42,406 bases of DNA from Nitrospirota bacterium (lineage in GTDB: Bacteria > Nitrospirota > UBA9217): contig DASPSR010000013.1 in the NCBI GenBank assembly GCA_035623825.1, positions 1 to 42,406 of the forward strand. The letters are read 5' to 3'. Below, in pieces: positions 37,076-42,406 of the stretch. A program made the translations under genes and the position numbers. Positions within the stretch are counted from its first letter, which is position 1. Each line of letters begins with the position of its first letter. The notes beneath the pieces were generated by a model. It was not told the DNA's origin. It worked only from the letters and a program-made list of their open reading frames with translations, and did no database searches.

Positions 37076-37894
37076 ATGAACAAAATAGGTTTAATAGCAG
37101 GCAACGGACAGTTCCCGATTGCATTCGCCCGCGCGGCAAAACAGAAAGGCATGCAGGTCATTGCCGTAGCGCATGAAGGGGAGACCCTCCCGGAACTTGC
37201 CCATGATGTAGACGCCATCTTCTGGATCAAGGTGGGTCAACTAGGGAAGCTCATCAAGATCTTCAAGGAACAAGGGGTGACGGACGTCCTGATGGCGGGC
37301 GGCATCAGGAAGACACGGCTGTTCGGCGGCATTCCTGACCTGCGCGGCATGACCATGCTTGCGAAGACCCTCCACAGGAAGGACGATTCGCTCCTCCGCG
37401 CCGTGGCAAGAGAACTAGAGTCTGACGGTATCACCGTCCGCGAATCGACACTCTACCTGGAAAGCATCCTGGCGCCGCAGGGAATTTTGACAAAGCGGAA
37501 ACCGTCAAAAGAGGAGAGACAGGACATCGAGTTCGGCTGGCAGATGGCGAAAGAGATCGGCAGGCTCGATATTGGCCAGACGGTGGTAGTCAAGGACCAG
37601 GCTGTGCTTGCGGTGGAAGCCATCGAAGGCACAGACGAGGCCATACGCCGGGGAGGGCGTCTCTGCGGGCAGGGCGCGGTCATCGTGAAAGTATGCAAGC
37701 CGCACCAAGATCTCCGGTTCGATCTCCCCGCAATGGGTCCGCAGACGATAGACACCATGGAACAGGTGAAGGCGTCATGTCTCGCAGTGGAGGCAGGCAA
37801 GACCATCATAATCGAGCGGGAAACAGTTGTTCGGGAAGCCGACCGGGCAGGCATTGCAATTGTGGCACTACAGAATCCGCAGGATTTAAAATGA
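37076..37894 (+). CDS. lpxI: UDP-2,3-diacylglucosamine diphosphatase LpxI
   Basis: GLIAGNGQFP, DIGQTVVV, AVEAIEGTD, QDLRFDLP. Confidence 0.92.
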   Translation: MNKIGLIAGNGQFPIAFARAAKQKGMQVIAVAHEGETLPELAHDVDAIFWIKVGQLGKLIKIFKEQGVTDVLMAGGIRKTRLFGGIPDLRGMTMLAKTLHRKDDSLLRAVARELESDGITVRESTLYLESILAPQGILTKRKPSKEERQDIEFGWQMAKEIGRLDIGQTVVVKDQAVLAVEAIEGTDEAIRRGGRLCGQGAVIVKVCKPHQDLRFDLPAMGPQTIDTMEQVKASCLAVEAGKTIIIERETVVREADRAGIAIVALQNPQDLK

Positions 37895-38841
37895 AAAAAG
37901 TCAGGGTCGGCGTCATAGGTGTTGGGTATCTAGGCCAGTTTCATGCTGAAAAGTATGCAGCCATACCCGATACGGACCTGGTAGGAATTGCCGACACAGA
38001 CACTGTACGCGCCTCGCAGATTGCAGAAAAGCTGAACACGCGTGCTTTTCCCGACCCTTTGCACTTGCTGGGGCAAGTGGACGCTGTGAGCGTAGTCGTG
38101 CCTACGGTGCTCCACCACCGAATCGCGAAGCAGTTCCTGAAAAAGGGCATTCATGTCCTGCTTGAGAAGCCCATAACCGCAACCCTCGAACAGGCGGATG
38201 AACTCATCGAACTTGCAACCGGGAAAAAACTGGTCCTCCAAGTGGGACATCTGGAGAGATTCAATCCAGCCGTCACTGCGGTCAAGGCTCTTCTGAAAGC
38301 GCCACGATATATGTCAGCCGAACGGTCGGCGCCGTTCACCATACGGTGCACCGATGTGAACGTCATTCTGGACCTGATGATCCACGACCTCGATATTGTC
38401 ATGGACCTGGCAGGCTCTGAACCATACCGGGTGAGCGCAGCGGGAGCGTCGGTTATTACGCAGGAAATCGACTCAGCTTCGGCAAGGATCGTATTCCGCA
38501 GCGGATGCGTCGCCGATGTGACCGCCAGCAGAGTATCTGATGAAAAAAAACGCCTGCTTCGGGTTTTCGACGGCGGGGCCGTGTATACGTCCGATTACCA
38601 GTCGCAGAAGGCTGTCGTAGCGCACAAGGGAGGAGATACAACTCCTGAATTGCTCACGAGAGACATCTCAATTGGCAGGAGGGATACGCTCGGAGAGGAA
38701 GTGCGCTCATTCGTGATGAGCGTCCAGACAGGAGCGCCTCCCTTGGTCTCAGGCGGCGAGGGCAGAAGAGCGCTTGCCCTGGCGCAAAAGATCACGGAGA
38801 ACATTCAAAAAGGAATCACCGATTTCGTACCGGCAGCGTAG
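37891..38841 (+). CDS. Gfo/Idh/MocA oxidoreductase, probable UDP-GlcNAc 3-dehydrogenase (GnnA-like)
   Basis: GVIGVGYLG, HVLLEKP, QVGHLERFNPA, DLMIHDLD; between lpxA/lpxI and lpxB; ATG overlaps the lpxI stop. Confidence 0.85.
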   Translation: MKKVRVGVIGVGYLGQFHAEKYAAIPDTDLVGIADTDTVRASQIAEKLNTRAFPDPLHLLGQVDAVSVVVPTVLHHRIAKQFLKKGIHVLLEKPITATLEQADELIELATGKKLVLQVGHLERFNPAVTAVKALLKAPRYMSAERSAPFTIRCTDVNVILDLMIHDLDIVMDLAGSEPYRVSAAGASVITQEIDSASARIVFRSGCVADVTASRVSDEKKRLLRVFDGGAVYTSDYQSQKAVVAHKGGDTTPELLTRDISIGRRDTLGEEVRSFVMSVQTGAPPLVSGGEGRRALALAQKITENIQKGITDFVPAA

Positions 38842-38857
38842 AGAGGAGTTTTTTATC

Positions 38858-39958
38858 ATGTCAGTGCCCATGGTTGACCTGAAGATACAGTACGAGTCCA
38901 TCAAAGATGAGATCAACAGCGCAGTCCTGAGCGTGATCAAAAGCACCCATTTTATTCTCGGCCCCCAGGGGAAGGGGTTCGAAGAAGAAGTTGCCGCATA
39001 CCATGGTGTGAAACATGCCGTGGCCTTGGCATCTGGTACGGATGCTCTCCATCTGGCATTGCTTGCTGCGGGCATCAAGCGGGGAGACGAGGTCATCACC
39101 ACGCCGTTTACTTTCATCGCAACGGCCGAAGCGGTTTCCTATATCGGCGCCGTTCCGATCTTCGTGGACATCAGGTCCGATACATTCAATATGGATATTG
39201 CCAAGGTAGAAGCCGCAATCACCAGGAAGACCAAGGCCATTCTCCCCGTTCACCTCTATGGACAGCCAGTGGAGATGGATGCACTGATGCAAATAGCGAA
39301 AAAGCACGGCATCCGGGTGATAGAAGACTGCGCGCAGTCCTTTGGCGCGGAATTCAGAGGCCGGAAGGCCGGAACATTCGGAGACATGGGGTGTTTCAGC
39401 TTCTTCCCGAGCAAGAATCTTGGCGCGTACGGCGATGGCGGCATGGTGATCACCGATGACGCTGAGCTGGCCGAGCGCGTGCTCAGCCTCAGGAACCACG
39501 GCAGCCGAAAGCGTTATTATCACGATGAAATAGGGTTCAACAGCAGGCTGGACGAGGTGCAGGCGGCAATACTCAGGGTGAAACTCAAACATATCGACGA
39601 TTACAACGTCAAGCGGCGGGTCAATGCCATGCTTTACAACAAATATTTTCTCGCCCCCGGCATTCAGACGCCATCCGAGATGAGGGGGGCGAAACACGTT
39701 TATCATCAATACACGATCAGGATCAACGACAGGGACAAAGTTAAAAAAGCGCTCGATGCCGCGAAAGTTTCAAACATGATTTATTATCCGGTGCCCCTGC
39801 ACCTGCAGGCAGCCTATAGATGCCTCAACATGAAGCCGGGAAGCCTGCCAGTAACGGAACGTGCAGCGGATGAAGTGCTGTCATTGCCCATGTATCCGGA
39901 ACTTAACGAAGAACAGATCAAAAGCGTCGCCGACGCGGTAAAAAAGGCGATGGCATGA
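38858..39958 (+). CDS. DegT/DnrJ/EryC1/StrS PLP aminotransferase, probable GnnB-like
   Basis: SGTDAL, PVHLYGQ, EDCAQS, SFFPSKNLGAYGDGG, NSRLDEVQAA. Confidence 0.88.
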   Translation: MSVPMVDLKIQYESIKDEINSAVLSVIKSTHFILGPQGKGFEEEVAAYHGVKHAVALASGTDALHLALLAAGIKRGDEVITTPFTFIATAEAVSYIGAVPIFVDIRSDTFNMDIAKVEAAITRKTKAILPVHLYGQPVEMDALMQIAKKHGIRVIEDCAQSFGAEFRGRKAGTFGDMGCFSFFPSKNLGAYGDGGMVITDDAELAERVLSLRNHGSRKRYYHDEIGFNSRLDEVQAAILRVKLKHIDDYNVKRRVNAMLYNKYFLAPGIQTPSEMRGAKHVYHQYTIRINDRDKVKKALDAAKVSNMIYYPVPLHLQAAYRCLNMKPGSLPVTERAADEVLSLPMYPELNEEQIKSVADAVKKAMA

Positions 39959-39975
39959 TCGTCTGCCGGTGATCC

Positions 39976-41115
39976 ATGAAAAAGATTTTGATCATCTCCG
40001 GAGAAGCTTCCGGCGACCTGCATGGCGCCAATCTGGTCCGTGAATTGAAAAAGGAGAGCCCTTCGCTGGCCTTTTTCGGCGTGGGGAGCAAGAGAATGCG
40101 CGAAGCCGGCGTACAGATGCTGGCAGACGCTTCAGAGATATCGGTTGTGGGCGGCACCGAAGTTCTGACGCACCTTGGCGCCATTTATCGAGTGTACACG
40201 AGACTCAAGCGGTTTCTAAAAGTAGAACGGCCTGACCTTTTAGTGCTGATCGACTTTCCGGATTTCAACATCATGCTCGGGAAGGCCGCGAATAAACTAG
40301 GTATACCCGTCTTGTATTACATCAGCCCCCAGGTTTGGGCATGGCGCAAGGGAAGGATAAAGAAGATAGCGGAGATCGTCAAGGCCGTTGTCGTCGTCTT
40401 TCCGTTCGAAGTTGAACTCTATAAGTCAGCCGGTGTCGATGTGCGGTTTGTCGGCCATCCGCTCACGGATGTTGTAAAATCAGAATATACGAAGGTCGAG
40501 GCAAAAAAACACCTCGGACTTGATCATGCGCGGCGCACGATCGCCCTCTTGCCGGGGAGCAGGAAAAAAGAGATAACGCATCTCCTGCCGGATATGCTTC
40601 AAGCCGCGCGGGAGCTGGATGCCATGTTCCGGGATCTGCAATTCGTTCTCCCGGTGGCACCTACGCTCACGATGGATTTCATACGGCAGCACGTCGAGGG
40701 GAGCGGTGTTCCGGTAAAGATTGTCGATGGAGGGGTATACGATGCCCTGAGGGCATCGGACGCTGCCATCGTTACGTCCGGCACCGCTACGCTCGAAACA
40801 GGGCTTATGGGAGTGCCCATGGCGATCGTTTATCGCATATCGAAGGTGTCGTACTTCATAGGCAGACTGATTATCGACGTGGATCATGTTGGGCTTGTGA
40901 ACATCGTAGCGGGGAAACGACTCGTCCCGGAGCTGATACAGAAGGACGCGACGCCGCAGAACATGGCCATCGCCATTTCGAAGATGCTTCGCGACCCCAT
41001 CTATTATAAAAAGATAACTGACGGTCTTGCCGCGGTACGGGTTCAACTGGGCGATGCCGGCGCTTCCGCAAGGGCAGCTGCCGTTGTCTTGTCGTTGCTT
41101 GAGAACTCTGCATAA
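39976..41115 (+). CDS. lpxB: Lipid-A-disaccharide synthase
   Basis: GEASGDLHG, IDFPDFN, YISPQVWAWR, VGHP, LLPGSR, SGTATLE. Confidence 0.97.
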   Translation: MKKILIISGEASGDLHGANLVRELKKESPSLAFFGVGSKRMREAGVQMLADASEISVVGGTEVLTHLGAIYRVYTRLKRFLKVERPDLLVLIDFPDFNIMLGKAANKLGIPVLYYISPQVWAWRKGRIKKIAEIVKAVVVVFPFEVELYKSAGVDVRFVGHPLTDVVKSEYTKVEAKKHLGLDHARRTIALLPGSRKKEITHLLPDMLQAARELDAMFRDLQFVLPVAPTLTMDFIRQHVEGSGVPVKIVDGGVYDALRASDAAIVTSGTATLETGLMGVPMAIVYRISKVSYFIGRLIIDVDHVGLVNIVAGKRLVPELIQKDATPQNMAIAISKMLRDPIYYKKITDGLAAVRVQLGDAGASARAAAVVLSLLENSA

Positions 41116-41121
41116 GAAATC

Positions 41122-42406
41122 ATGGAAATCTATAAAAGATTATTAATCTTTCTTAAGCCCTACCGAATGCGGCTTGTCTGGGCGGCGTTTTTCATGTTGC
41201 TCACCAGCGGCATGATCGCACTGCAGACATACCTCATAAAGCCGATTCTGGACAAGGTCATCATGGGCAAGGATATGAGGCTCGGGCTCCTGGTGCCTCC
41301 GGCGCTTATTGTCGTCAGCATCCTGAAGGGGGGTACCTGGTACGCCCGCGATTATTTCATGGGGTATGTGGGACAGAAGGTCGTGAACGATATAAGGGAC
41401 CAGCTCTATTCCCACATACAGACCCTCTCGTTTTCCTATTTTACGCGGACCCCTACCGGCGTCATCATATCGCGGATCATCAATGACGTCAACCTCGTGC
41501 AAGGTGCATTGACCAGGGCCCCGTCGAGCCTTGTGCAAGGCGTCCTTACCATGGTTGTCCTGACGGGGTACATTTTTTATCTCAACTGGAAGCTTGCTGC
41601 CTTTTCCGTCATTGTCCTGCCATTCGCCGGCTTTGCCTTCTCGAGATTCAGCAGGCGGTTCAGAAGAACGAGCACGCAGATGCAGGAACAGATCGGCGAT
41701 CTCACGATGCACCTGCACGAAACCATCGCCGGCATCCGGATCGTGAAGGCATTCGGCATGGAGGAGTACGAAAGCAGGAGGTTCGCGTCCCGAAACAAGG
41801 GGCTGTTCAACTCCCTCATGCGGTCCATAAAGACCAGCGCACTCTCGCATCCCATTATGGAGGCTATCTCCATGATCGGAACGGCGTTTGTCATCCTTTA
41901 TGCGCTGTATGCGATACTTAAGTGGAATGTCATGACGGTAGGAGACTTTTTCTCGTTCCTCGGGGCGTTGGTGTTCTTCTATCGACCGCTCAAGGATATG
42001 AACGGCATCAATAACGTCGTTCAAGACGGCATTGCTGCAGCAAAGCGCATTTTTGATGTACTCGACACAGAACCTGAGATCAAGAATAAAAAAGACGCGG
42101 TCTCGGTGCCACGCGATTTCAAGACCATTGAGTTCAGAAATCTGTCATTTAAATATGAAAAAGATTACGTGCTCAAGGGCATCGATCTGACGGTGCGCGC
42201 CGGCGAGACGATCGCCATCGTCGGCAAGAGCGGGGGTGGCAAGACCACGCTGGTGAATCTTATTCCCAGATTCTACGATGTTACCGAAGGGGCAATTTTC
42301 ATCGAAGGACAGGATATCCGGAATGCAACTATTGAGTCATTGAGGGCCTGTACGGCCATCGTGACGCAGCAGACGATCCTCTTTAACGATACGATAAAGA
42401 ATAATA
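41122..42406 (+). CDS. msbA: Lipid A export ABC transporter MsbA (3' truncated by window edge)
   Basis: Not in the ORF track because it has no stop in the window; reads MEIYKRLLIFLKPY..., TM domain, Walker A GKSGGGKTT (from 42223), NLIPRFYD, Q-loop VTQQTILFNDTI; directly follows lpxB. Confidence 0.9.
   Translation, partial: MEIYKRLLIFLKPYRMRLVWAAFFMLLTSGMIALQTYLIKPILDKVIMGKDMRLGLLVPPALIVVSILKGGTWYARDYFMGYVGQKVVNDIRDQLYSHIQTLSFSYFTRTPTGVIISRIINDVNLVQGALTRAPSSLVQGVLTMVVLTGYIFYLNWKLAAFSVIVLPFAGFAFSRFSRRFRRTSTQMQEQIGDLTMHLHETIAGIRIVKAFGMEEYESRRFASRNKGLFNSLMRSIKTSALSHPIMEAISMIGTAFVILYALYAILKWNVMTVGDFFSFLGALVFFYRPLKDMNGINNVVQDGIAAAKRIFDVLDTEPEIKNKKDAVSVPRDFKTIEFRNLSFKYEKDYVLKGIDLTVRAGETIAIVGKSGGGKTTLVNLIPRFYDVTEGAIFIEGQDIRNATIESLRACTAIVTQQTILFNDTIKNN

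Overview
This window comes from a Gram-negative bacterium of moderate GC. Gene content (multiheme c cytochromes, LpxI, ClpC, YlxR-L7Ae fusion) suggests Nitrospirota or Desulfobacterota; this is an inference. The left ~13 kb is accessory. It holds two paralogous small membrane proteins (one with an HmcD-like N-terminus), a stand-alone divergent RelA/SpoT-synthetase-like protein, UPF0182, DUF3108, a dodecaheme and a c7-type triheme cytochrome, an atypical receiver-PilZ protein and a pentapeptide-repeat protein. From 13.2 to 23.6 kb is the conserved rimP-nusA-ylxR/ylxQ-infB-DUF503-rbfA-nrnA-truB-rpsO-pnp cluster. From 23.7 to 31.7 kb are an FAD oxidoreductase, NHL-repeat and Big_2 lipoproteins, clpC, a GNAT/ArgA-like protein and hemW. 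From 31.7 kb to the end is the envelope operon bamA-skp-lpxD-fabZ-lpxA-lpxI-(gnnA-like)-(gnnB-like)-lpxB-msbA (truncated). No rRNA, tRNA, CRISPR array or mobile element was recognised. The best candidates for undescribed biology are the RSH-like enzyme with an altered acceptor site (1347-2840) and the HmcD-like paralogue pair with tandem operators (125-1100). All family assignments are by eye from motifs; no searches were run.
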